A stretch of 30,400 nucleotides of DNA from an uncultured Actinomycetes bacterium (GCA_963755025.1 CAVWIH010000035.1:1-30400), one strand, 5' to 3'. Positions 18,715 through 27,158 are shown, counted from the first letter of the stretch. Made by a program: numbers and translations. The notes: generated by a model not told the origin, from the letters alone.

Positions 18715-19852
18715 CGCTCTGGGCGACGTCTGGGTCTTCGTCGAGACGACGCGCGGCGCGACGCGCGGCGAGGGCGAGGCCGTGCTCACGCGCAACGGCT
18801 CTTCCGAGGGCGCCAGCCTGCGCGCCGCCGAGGTCAGCCTCGAGCTGCTGGGCCAGGCCCGCGAGCTGGCCGCGCGGCTCGGCGCGCGCGTGGGCGCCGT
18901 GGTGGCCGGCGACGAGGCCGCGCGGGCGCTCGCGCCCGCGCTCGTCGCCGCCGGCGCCGACACCGTCTACCTCGCCGTGCACGACCTGCTGGGCGAGTAC
19001 CTGGCGCAGCCCTACACGCGCGTCGTGACCGAGGCCGTGCGCCACTTCCAGCCGCAGATCGTGCTCTACGGGGCGACCACCACCGGCCGCGACCTGGCGC
19101 CGCGCGTGGCCTCGGCGCTGCGCACCGGCCTGACCGCCGACTGCACCGACCTGCGCATCGGCGACCACGAAGCCAAGGGTGTCGTCTACCACGACCTGCT
19201 CTACCAGATCAGGCCCGCCTTCGGGGGCAACATCGTGGCCACCATCGTGAGCCCCGAGCACCGCCCCCAGATGGCGACCGTGCGCGAGGGCGTGTTCCGC
19301 CTGCCGCTGCCCGACCCGAGCCGCAGCGGTGACGTGGTCGAACTGAACGTCGAGCGCGTCGCCGGCCCGCACACGGGCCGCAACGGCAAGCCGACCTCCG
19401 CCGGCGGGCCCATAGCCCTCGACGACCTCGACTTCGCCACCACCCTCGTGCGCCGCACGCGGCAGGAGAAGTCGGTCGACCTGAAGGGCGCCCGGGTGAT
19501 CGTCGCGGGCGGCGTGGGCGTGGGCTCGCGCGCCGGCTTCGACCTGTTGCGCGACCTGGCCAACACCCTGGGCGGCGTGGTGGGCGCCTCGCGCGCCGCC
19601 GTCGACGCCGGCTGGATCGGCCGCGAGCACCAGGTCGGCCAGACGGGCACCACCGTGCGCCCCAAGCTCTACATCGCGGCCGGCATCTCGGGCTCTATCC
19701 AGCACCGCGCCGGCATGGACCAGTCGGCCCGCATCCTGGCGATCAACTCCGACCCGGGCGCGCCGATCTTCGCCGTGGCCCACTACGGCATCGTCGGCGA
19801 CCTGCACGAGGTCGTGCCAAGGCTCATCACGGCCTATCGCGAGAAGCGATGA
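18707..19852 (+). CDS. etfA: Electron transfer flavoprotein alpha subunit
   Basis: GRDLAPRVA, GLTADCTDL, RPAFGGNIVATI, RPQMATVR, QVGQTGTTVRPKLYIAAGISGSIQHRAGM, AINSDPGAPIF. Confidence 0.93.
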   Translation: MASALGDVWVFVETTRGATRGEGEAVLTRNGSSEGASLRAAEVSLELLGQARELAARLGARVGAVVAGDEAARALAPALVAAGADTVYLAVHDLLGEYLAQPYTRVVTEAVRHFQPQIVLYGATTTGRDLAPRVASALRTGLTADCTDLRIGDHEAKGVVYHDLLYQIRPAFGGNIVATIVSPEHRPQMATVREGVFRLPLPDPSRSGDVVELNVERVAGPHTGRNGKPTSAGGPIALDDLDFATTLVRRTRQEKSVDLKGARVIVAGGVGVGSRAGFDLLRDLANTLGGVVGASRAAVDAGWIGREHQVGQTGTTVRPKLYIAAGISGSIQHRAGMDQSARILAINSDPGAPIFAVAHYGIVGDLHEVVPRLITAYREKR

Positions 19853-19907
19853 CGGCGACGGCCACGACCTGGGGTCCGTGCGGCGACGCGCCCCGACCGG
19901 GAGCAGC

Positions 19908-21647
19908 GTGAGCAACTTCTATACAGACGACCCCGACCTGCAGCGCCAGCTCGAAGCGCTCGACCTGCGGCGCATCGTGGCGCTGCGCGAAGACGACTTC
20001 GAGCAGGCCCACGAGTTCGCCTACGCCCCCAGCGACCACGACGACGCGCTCGACTCGTACCGCCGCACGCTCGAGATCGTGGGCGACATCGCCGGCGAGT
20101 TTGTGGCGCCGCGCGCCGAAGAGGTCGACCGCGCCGGCGCCACCCTGGTCGACGGCGAGGTCTGCTACGCGCCCGGCATGCAAGAAGCGCTCGACCGCCT
20201 CACGCAGGCCGACCTCATGGGCATCACGCTGCCGCGCCGCTACGGCGGGCTGAACTTTCCCATCACCGTGTCGGTCATGATCGTCGAGATGATCTCGCGC
20301 GCCGACCCAGCGCTCATGAACGTCTTCGGCCTGCAGGACATCGCCGAGACCGTCAACAAGTTCGCCACCGACGAGCTCAAGCAGGCCTACCTGCCGCGCT
20401 TCGCGTCGGGCGAGGTCACGGGCTCCATGGCGCTCACCGAGCCAGAGGCCGGCAGCGACCTGCAGAACGTGCAGCTCAAGGCCGCCCTGGGCGACGACGG
20501 CGTCTGGCGCCTGTCGGGCGTGAAGCGCTTCATCACCAACGGCTGTGGCGCCGTCGCCCTCGTGCTGGCGCGCTCCGAAGAGGGCACCACCGACGCCCGT
20601 GGCCTGTCGCTGTTCCTCTACGAACGCGACGAGCACATGAAGATCCGCCGCCTCGAAGACAAGCTCGGCATCCACGGCTCACCCACCTGCGAGCTGCAGT
20701 TCACAGACGCGCCGGCGCTCCTCATAGGCGAACGCCGGCGCGGCCTGACGACCTACGTCATGAGCCTCATGAACGGCGCCCGCATAGCCATCGCCGCCCA
20801 GGCGCAGGGCATCGCCGAGGCCGCCTACCGGGCCGCCTCCAAGTACGCCGACGAACGCGTGCAGTTCGGCGGGCCCATCCGCAACCTCACGGCCGTGTCG
20901 GCCATGCTGGCCGACATGAAGGTGTCGCTCGAAGCCTCGCGCGCGCTGCTCTACGAGACGGCCATGATCGTCGACGAAAAAGAGGGACTCGAGCGCCGCA
21001 TCGAGCAGGTGCAGTCGGGCGCCCGTCTGGCTGCTGCAGACGACGAGGTGAAGACGCTGCGCGCCGAGCTCAAGACCTTCACGCGCCTCGCCGCGCTGTT
21101 CACGCCGCTCGCCAAGGCCTGCTCGACCGAGATGGCCAACCGCGTGGCCTACGAGTCGCTGCAGATCCACGGCGGCTCGGGCTACATGCGCGACTTCGCC
21201 GTCGAGCGCCACGCCCGCGACGCCCGCATCACCAACATCTACGAGGGCACGACGCAGCTCCAGGTCGTGGCCGCCCTGGGCGGCGTGCTGTCGGGCACCC
21301 TCGCCGCGCGCCTCGCCGACTACGACGCGCTCGACTACGCGGCCACCCCCGAGCTGCTCGGCGCCGTGCGCGCCGCCGTCGGGCGCTGGAGCGCCGCGGT
21401 GGCCCACGTGCGCGCTTTGGACGACGCCGCCTTCCGCGACTTTCACGGCCGCCGCATGGTCGACACCGCGATCGACCTGATCTGCGCCTACCTGCTGCTG
21501 CGCGCCGCCCAGCGCGACGCCCGCAAGCTGCTCGTCGCGCGCTACTTCATCGAGCAGATGAGCGCCCGCGTCGAGGGCGCCGCCCAAGCCGTGCTCGGCA
21601 GCACAGCGGCGGCCATCGACGCCCTGCAGACCCTGGGGCGCGACTAA
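19908..21647 (+). CDS. Acyl-CoA dehydrogenase (long form with C-terminal extension)
   Basis: MALTEPEAGSDL, GVKRFITNG, KLGIHGSPTCEL, LMNGARI, LQIHGGSGYMRDF..ER..RDARITNIYEGTTQLQ; GGGAG RBS before GTG 19908. Confidence 0.92.
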   Translation: MSNFYTDDPDLQRQLEALDLRRIVALREDDFEQAHEFAYAPSDHDDALDSYRRTLEIVGDIAGEFVAPRAEEVDRAGATLVDGEVCYAPGMQEALDRLTQADLMGITLPRRYGGLNFPITVSVMIVEMISRADPALMNVFGLQDIAETVNKFATDELKQAYLPRFASGEVTGSMALTEPEAGSDLQNVQLKAALGDDGVWRLSGVKRFITNGCGAVALVLARSEEGTTDARGLSLFLYERDEHMKIRRLEDKLGIHGSPTCELQFTDAPALLIGERRRGLTTYVMSLMNGARIAIAAQAQGIAEAAYRAASKYADERVQFGGPIRNLTAVSAMLADMKVSLEASRALLYETAMIVDEKEGLERRIEQVQSGARLAAADDEVKTLRAELKTFTRLAALFTPLAKACSTEMANRVAYESLQIHGGSGYMRDFAVERHARDARITNIYEGTTQLQVVAALGGVLSGTLAARLADYDALDYAATPELLGAVRAAVGRWSAAVAHVRALDDAAFRDFHGRRMVDTAIDLICAYLLLRAAQRDARKLLVARYFIEQMSARVEGAAQAVLGSTAAAIDALQTLGRD

Positions 21648-21673
21648 GCCTGCAGACCCTGGGGCGCGAGTAG
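21623..21673 (+). repeat. Tandem duplication of the acyl-CoA dehydrogenase 3' end including its stop codon
   Basis: CCTGCAGACCCTGGGGCGCGA at 21623-21643 (+C-TAA) and 21649-21669 (+G-TAG); 26-bp period. Confidence 0.9.
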
Positions 21674-21742
21674 ACCCGAAGTCGCGCTGGGGTCCGCGCA
21701 CCGCGAGAGCCCCCGGGTCCGCTCGACTCGTTCGAGGTCCCG

Positions 21743-22241
21743 CTATCGCCCCCGGAAGTGCTTCTCGCCGCCGAGCAGCCGCAGGGTGACCTCGTCGGGC
21801 CAGCCCGGACCGAGCGGACCGACGGGTGTGCGGCTCAGCTCGACTTGATTCGCCGAGCAGATCGACCAGCGGTTCGCGCCGCCACATTAGCATCTGCGCG
21901 AACTCGTTCAGCGACCCCAGGTGCGACCGGCTGTTCGTCTTTGCGACCACGACGTCGGCGGCGGCGTCGAGCTCGGGCACGAGGTGGGTGGCCGGCACGT
22001 CGAGCTCGATGAGCACGGCGGCAAGCGCCTTGGAAAAGGTCTCCGGGAGCCGTTTGAGGTCGCGCGCGGGCATGAGCACCGGCAGGCGCGACCGCTCGCT
22101 CATGAGCAGCACGAGTCGTTGGTGACCGATGTTGAGCGGCCGCGCGTACCAGTCGCCCAGGGCGGTCGTTGAGGGCGGTGGGTCGTCGACCGGCGGACCC
22201 AACCGCGAGAGAAGTTTCTGCGTGCAGCGCAGCACGAGCAT
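21743..22241 (-). CDS. DUF6933-like hypothetical protein (1-nt insertion near 21845)
   Basis: MLVLRCTQKLL...LGDWYA...KTNSRSHLGSLNEF matches my recollection of DUF6933. Removing one base gives ESVELSRTPVGPLGPGWPDEVTLRLLGGEKHFRGR* (stop at 21743). Confidence 0.65.
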
Positions 22242-22245
22242 GCGG

Positions 22246-23838
22246 TCAGGCCTCCTGGGGCCCTTGGGCCGTACCGCCCCTCAGGCTCTCGCGGAGCTCG
22301 GCCATCGCCTCGGCGATGATGCGCTGCTGAGCTGCGATCTCGTCGAGCAACTCTTCGGGCGTGCGGGTGTCTTCGTCGACGACGCGATGCGGGTTGACCG
22401 CCTTGAGGTCGTAGCCGCGCGCCTCGATCTCGTCGCGCGACACGGTCCACGAACGCTCCGAGTCGGGCCGCTCGACCGCTCCACCGGCGCGGCCGTCGCC
22501 GACCAGCTCGAAGAAGTCGCCCATGCGCGCCAGCGTGAACGCCGTCTTCTTGCCCACCTTCAAGTCGCTGAGGTCGTAGTACCAGATGCGCTCCGTCGGG
22601 CGGCCCTTGTTGAAGAACAGGAGGTTGGTCTTCACGCCGGCGCCGGCCTGCGAGAACACGCCGGGCGGCATGCTGACAATGCACCACAGATCGCAGTCGT
22701 CGAGCAGCTTGCGCTTGGTCTGCACGAAGGCGGTCTCGTTGGTGCGAAACAGTACTCCCTCGTCGATGACCAGGCCGCAGCGCCCGCCCGGTCTGTCGCT
22801 TTTTGCGGGGCGCAGGCTGTCGATCACGTGCTGCAAGAAGAGCACCTGAGTGGCTCCGGTCTTGTAGGCGAAGCGCGTCTGGGCGTCTTTGCCCTCCTTG
22901 CCGCCAAAAGGCGGGTTCATGAGGATGACGTCGTAGAGCTGCGGCGCGCCGGTGAAGAGGCCGTCGTAGGCAGCCGTCTGGGTGAGCGTGTTGCCGTGCC
23001 AGATGTGGGGCGCGTCGATGCCGTGCAGCACAAGGTTGGCGAGCGCGATGGGGTAAATGGCGTTGTCCTTCTCGCGGCCGTAGAAGGTACGCCGCTGCAG
23101 GGTCTCGAACTGGCCGCCCGAGTCGAGGTTGACGTTGGCGACCCCGGCCATGTGCTCAAACGACTGCGCCAGAAAGCCGCCGGTGCCGCAGCCCGGGTCG
23201 TAGACGGTCTCGCCGAGGCGCGGGTCGACCACGCGCACCATCGCCCGAATGATCTCGCGCGGCGTGAAGAACTGCCCACCGTCGTTGCCCTTCTCGCCCA
23301 TCTTGAGCAGCAGGCCCTCGTAGATCTGCGACAGGGTGAACACGTGGGTCGTGTCGACCGACTGGCCGTCGATGTCGTGCACGCGGTCGATCACGTCGAG
23401 GAAGTTGCGTTCGGTATCGATGCGCGTGCGCTCCACCGAGCTCATGATCTGGCTGATGACCTTTTGGCGCGACGTCGCGTGCGGCTGCTCACCGAGCGCG
23501 CGCAGGTGTGGCAGCAGCTCGGTGTGGACGAAGTCGAACATCGCGCCCAGGGTGCCGCCCTCCTGGAGCTCCGTCCGCTTCGGTCCGCCCGGCGCCGCCC
23601 AGTCGCGCCAGCGATAGGGCGGAGCCAGCGACGCCTTGAACTCGACGCCGACCGCCGCCGACTCTGCCGCCTCTTGCTCTTCGCGCTCGTCGAGGATGCG
23701 CAGGAAGAGGATCCAGGTGAGCTCGGGCACGTACTGCAACGCGCCGGCGCAGTTGGAGCGCCGCATGATGTCGCAGATCTGTTTGACGGCGGTGTTGACC
23801 GACTGCTGGGTGGCGAGCTTCTTGCCGTTGACTGCCAT
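22246..23838 (-). CDS. hsdM: Type I restriction-modification N6-adenine methyltransferase subunit
   Basis: CDIMRR, YVPELTWILFLR, GQFFTPR, YDPGCGTGGFL (motif I), NPPFGG (motif IV), VKTNLLFF, helical C-terminal tail. Confidence 0.93.
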   Translation of the reverse strand: MAVNGKKLATQQSVNTAVKQICDIMRRSNCAGALQYVPELTWILFLRILDEREEQEAAESAAVGVEFKASLAPPYRWRDWAAPGGPKRTELQEGGTLGAMFDFVHTELLPHLRALGEQPHATSRQKVISQIMSSVERTRIDTERNFLDVIDRVHDIDGQSVDTTHVFTLSQIYEGLLLKMGEKGNDGGQFFTPREIIRAMVRVVDPRLGETVYDPGCGTGGFLAQSFEHMAGVANVNLDSGGQFETLQRRTFYGREKDNAIYPIALANLVLHGIDAPHIWHGNTLTQTAAYDGLFTGAPQLYDVILMNPPFGGKEGKDAQTRFAYKTGATQVLFLQHVIDSLRPAKSDRPGGRCGLVIDEGVLFRTNETAFVQTKRKLLDDCDLWCIVSMPPGVFSQAGAGVKTNLLFFNKGRPTERIWYYDLSDLKVGKKTAFTLARMGDFFELVGDGRAGGAVERPDSERSWTVSRDEIEARGYDLKAVNPHRVVDEDTRTPEELLDEIAAQQRIIAEAMAELRESLRGGTAQGPQEA

Positions 23839-23844
23839 GGTCGC

Positions 23845-23850
23845 AGTCTA
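23845..23850 (-). promoter_or_regulatory. Putative -10 of a leaderless hsdM transcript
   Basis: TAGACT-N6-ATG(23838) with no SD; same geometry as gltX. Confidence 0.5.
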
Positions 23851-23903
23851 TCGGGTTGAGGGAGCCCGGACACCGCGGCGTGACCCCGGCCGAAGGGGTC
23901 GCC

Positions 23904-23955
23904 ATTTTCAAAGTCAGCGGAGCTTTGGAAAATATCGGCCCTGATTCTTTCAAAG
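23904..23955. repeat. Three alternating-orientation copies of an AT-rich TTT(C)CAAAG motif
   Basis: ATTTTCAAAG (23904-23913), CTTTGGAAAAT (23923-23933, inverted), ATTCTTTCAAAG (23944-23955). Confidence 0.6.
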
Positions 23956-23978
23956 CCGGCCGACGTTGTGGCCGCACG

Positions 23979-24371
23979 TCACTCCACTCTCTTGATCGAC
24001 CCGTCCTTCGCGACGCGATAGATGAATGGCGCGGTCTCCGACTCGGCCGCGCGCTCGATGCGCTTCCGCGCCTTTGCCAGAATGGCCGCCGTTTGTTCCG
24101 CCGTCAGGTTGCCGGAGGCGACCACAAACGCCTTCAGGCCGGCCTTGCGCAGCGCCTCGGCTTCTCTTGTGCGGTAGCGGATCCGAGCGTCTTGCGTAAG
24201 GAACACCCAGCCGCGCGAGGCCACGGAGGGCAGCAGCTCGACGTCCTTCGTGGTCTGTTCGAAGTGGTCGTCGTGCACCTCGATGACCCAGCCGGCAGCA
24301 CGCAGAGCGGCGGGCACCCTGTGACCGAGGTTCCGGTCGCAGAAGAAGACTAGGCCGCGGGCCTCAGCCAG
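23979..24371 (-). CDS. VapC45-like PIN-domain ribonuclease toxin; start uncertain
   Basis: LVFFCDRNLGHRVPAALRAAGW..EVHDDHF...KDVELL...GWVFLTQDARIRYR..E. The catalytic N-terminal FFxDxxLG lies upstream of the track's GTG 24317. Confidence 0.8.
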   Translation of the reverse strand: MAEARGLVFFCDRNLGHRVPAALRAAGWVIEVHDDHFEQTTKDVELLPSVASRGWVFLTQDARIRYRTREAEALRKAGLKAFVVASGNLTAEQTAAILAKARKRIERAAESETAPFIYRVAKDGSIKRVE

Positions 24372-25018
24372 AGCTCGTATCTGAGGGCGTTCTCGACATC
24401 GTCGACGGTCAAGCCGAAGTCGTCTGCGATGACGCCGATGCGCTCATCAGCCTCGAAGCGTCCACGAATGATCTCGGTGCGCACGCCGCGCACCTGGGGC
24501 AGACCGAACTCGACCTCGGGGTTCTGACGCACGACGCCGCCTTTTGGCCGCCACTCGACCGGCCACTTGTCCTGCCAGTCGATTTGGTGCAGATACTCCC
24601 CCAGGACCTTCTCGAGAGCGCGCTGTCCGCCCTTGGTAAGCGACGCCAACTGCTCCGAGCCGTCGGCGGACACCTCGCTCGTCCGCATGAAGACCTCGTT
24701 GCCGGCGATCATGATGCCGCGCCTGGCGAAGGGGTGGTCGGGCTCCTCACCCGTGGCTACGCGGTGCGCCGCACGTATTGCCTGGAGGGACACACCGTTG
24801 GACCGCAGCTCAGCGACGACGGCCGTTTCGATGAGGTCGTCGAATGAGAACGGGGCCGGCTTGCGCGGATCGACCGAGCTGCGCAGCAGCGGGGGCCGTT
24901 CGGTCTCGTCGTCGCGGTACCCCAGGTAGAGGCGATGGACGAGCTGTGCCTGGGCACGAGCGTACCGCGAGACATCGCTCAGCGAATACAGCGGGATCGT
25001 GGATGGTCTGACCGTCAT
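24350..25018 (-). CDS. VapB45-like antitoxin (N-terminal HTH + C-terminal DUF433)
   Basis: PLYSLSDVSRY, FSFDDLIE...ELRSNGVSLQAIRAA, DHPFA, NPEVEFGLPQVRGVRTE...IADDFGLTVDDVENALRYE; RBS GAGGAGG; TAGAAT -10 at 25049-25044. Confidence 0.82.
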   Translation of the reverse strand: MTVRPSTIPLYSLSDVSRYARAQAQLVHRLYLGYRDDETERPPLLRSSVDPRKPAPFSFDDLIETAVVAELRSNGVSLQAIRAAHRVATGEEPDHPFARRGIMIAGNEVFMRTSEVSADGSEQLASLTKGGQRALEKVLGEYLHQIDWQDKWPVEWRPKGGVVRQNPEVEFGLPQVRGVRTEIIRGRFEADERIGVIADDFGLTVDDVENALRYELWLRPAA

Positions 25019-25100
25019 GCCTCCTCAGTTCGACCGGTGACCGATTCTACCCTGCAAATCGCGCGCCACCACGGAGCGGTGCCAACGTCAACCTTGTCGA

Positions 25101-25551
25101 CTAGGAACCGTGCGTTCTGTACCACGCGTGGGCCTTTTTGACGTGATCGACCCAGAGCGCCACCGCGTAGTCGTCCCGCTTTGAGGCCACGAGGCCCAAG
25201 TCCTTCAACAACTGGTAGAAGCCGTCGCCCGGCGTGCCATCGTTGGCGCTCACTACGATGGCGCTTGCGAAGAACTCGCCCTTGTCGTAGCTGCGCTGAC
25301 TGATGTGGCCGAGGAAGTCGCCGACGATCGAGCGGTCCAAGTCCCGCCAGTCGGCGACGTCGATGAAGCGAGGCGACTCCTTCAGGTTGGGGAGATCGAA
25401 CGGGACGCCTTCGACGAGTTCCGAATAGGTGAGCGTCCTCCCGGCGCGCCCGCGAGCGGCGATGCGTGTCTCGAGCTTCCGCGAGCGCCTTCGGATCGCG
25501 CTCGGCATACAACCAGCGGATCTTGTCGAATGCGAGGGAGATCTCAGCCAT
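25101..25551 (-). CDS. Hypothetical ~149-aa protein, possible winged-helix fold (1-nt insertion near 25480)
   Basis: MAEISLAFDKIRWLYAERDPKALA joined to KLETRIAARGRAGRTLTYSELV...IVGDFLGHIS...FASAIVVS..DGTPGDGFY. GAGGAG RBS; starts 2 nt after the upstream stop. Confidence 0.7.
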
Positions 25552-25553
25552 AC

Positions 25554-25853
25554 TCACTCCTCCCCACTGTGAATGGCGACGTGTTCCATGTCAGGGAAAT
25601 CGACAGCAACCTTCTCGCCCTGCCGAATGTGGGACTGAAACCAGCGAGTCAGAGCAGCTCCGCCATGAATCCTGGGTGTCCCGTTCTGATTGGCCTGCCG
25701 ATCGACCCTTCCGTCGATCTCGTCGCCTTCGCGCCCGAGTTGCAGGCGGACCGGCCCGCTCGTTGGTCGGACGTGCCGATCGAAGCCCATACCGACGTTG
25801 AGGAACCCCTTCTCGTAGTAGGTCTTGTGCACCGTCAGCAAATAGCGCGGCAT
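25554..25853 (-). CDS. Hypothetical 99-aa protein, possible stand-alone B3/pseudobarrel-like DNA-binding domain
   Basis: GGAGG RBS; beta-rich sequence KTYYEKGFLNV...IDGRVDRQANQNGTPRIHGGAALTRWFQ...GEKVAV. Confidence 0.7.
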   Translation of the reverse strand: MPRYLLTVHKTYYEKGFLNVGMGFDRHVRPTSGPVRLQLGREGDEIDGRVDRQANQNGTPRIHGGAALTRWFQSHIRQGEKVAVDFPDMEHVAIHSGEE

Positions 25854-25936
25854 GTTGCCTCCAGTCTCGCTCGGTCCAGCCCGCTACAGCCCGGGAGTGA
25901 GCGCGTTAGTTCCTTCGGCGCTGGGTCCTCCAACAG

Positions 25937-27158
25937 TCAACCAAAAGAGGGTGAGAATGCAGCTCGCAGGATGGCCGCCGGTAGGCAGTCGATCCCAGAT
26001 GCTCCTCGACCCGCAGCCCGCGAAGTGGCATCAAGTTGACGCGCCAAGGCCGCCCATGACTCGACAGCGGCGTCTTGCTGTGAAAGCGTCGGGACGGGAA
26101 TCTCGAGCGATTCGATCTTCCTGACACTGAGCGTGTGCAGGCCGGTCGTTGTCATCGCCCGTTGAAGCATCTGCTCCATGCCTTGGCGACTGTTCAGATA
26201 GAGACTCAGGTACTCGGGGTTCAGGAGGTCGCGGCGTGGGCGAACGCGGATAACGTGGTTCTGATGGACGCACTCGTCGATCTCACCGCGGAACAGCGCA
26301 TTGCGGCCAATCTGGTCGCGACTTCCGTTGCCCTCCACTACGAGCAGGTCGCCTGAGTGAAGCCGGAGGCGATCAAGTTCGGCGGGCGTCACTTCCATGC
26401 GCTCGACGTCGGACAGGTCCAGATACCCGCGCATGACGTTGCGCACAGTGAGAAACGGCCGATGGAACAACTGGGGAGCCCGAGCCGGAGACTTCTGAAT
26501 TCCGCCCGTCACCGTGGCGACATCGCCACATCTCCGCGGAGCGGATCCGGACCGACAGAGTCTGGCCAAGAGACCTTCGAGCGTCGTCGTCGCCAGACCA
26601 CGGAGCAACTCCGCCTCGGCATCCATGGCGGCACGCATGCGCGCTGCCGCATCCAGCTGCTCACGTAACGATGCGGCGACTCGCTTCTGCTCGGGAAGCC
26701 GTGGGAGGTCAAGTGGAACGCGCGCAATCTCGTCGAGTCTGATGCGGGGAAGCTGTCCAGGCCCCGAGTCGACGGGGGCACGGCTGAGGAACAGAGGGCT
26801 CCTCATGAACCAGGCGATGAACTCGACGTCGGCTCTGCGCTCATCCACGCGGTAGACGTACTGGGTCGACCGAACAGAGCCCGTCGAAGTCGGCTAGCCA
26901 CACCTTGTTGAGGTAGGGGCGCAGATACCCGTAGACGATATCGCCTGCCTTGAAGCGGGCCTTGCGACCGGTCATGGTCGACTTCTCCATCGGCTCGCTG
27001 CCAAGCCGCCGTCCGGTTCCAGGCTCGATGTGCTCGAGGCCAACAAAGACGTCGGGGCCAGTCGGATTGTCACGGGGGTGGACGATCTCATTGCGGGGAG
27101 TGAGGACCTCGCCGAGGGTGACGGTAGCAGCACCCAGCCTTCTGGCAGCCGCGCTCAC
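25937..27158 (-). CDS. hsdS: Type I R-M specificity subunit with two TRDs (1-nt insertion near 26863)
   Basis: TRD1 LGEV...VGLEHIE...FKAGDIVYGYLRPYLNKV; spacer LPRLPEQKRVA + coiled coil; TRD2 GGIQK...EGNGSRDQIGR...HQNHVIRVR; IPVPTLSQQ; AILRAAF. Removing one base gives CSVDQYVYRVDERRADVEF. Confidence 0.9.

Noticed and set aside
20679-22241. 520-aa minus-strand ORF
   Set aside because: It results from the indel near 21845 running antisense into acd; the repaired gene stops at 21743.
23904-23955. TTTCAAAG repeats as a CRISPR remnant
   Set aside because: The units are too short, alternate in orientation, have no spacer-length gaps, and no cas genes are present.
25854-25936. Possible integron attC site between hsdS and orf99 (AACTAAC on the minus strand)
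   Set aside because: There is no matching GTTRRRY end or convincing attC hairpin, and no integrase.
25937-27158. Phase-variable or invertible hsdS
   Set aside because: There is a single hsdS with no silent TRD copies, inverted repeats, recombinase or long simple-sequence tract; the indel looks like the other errors.
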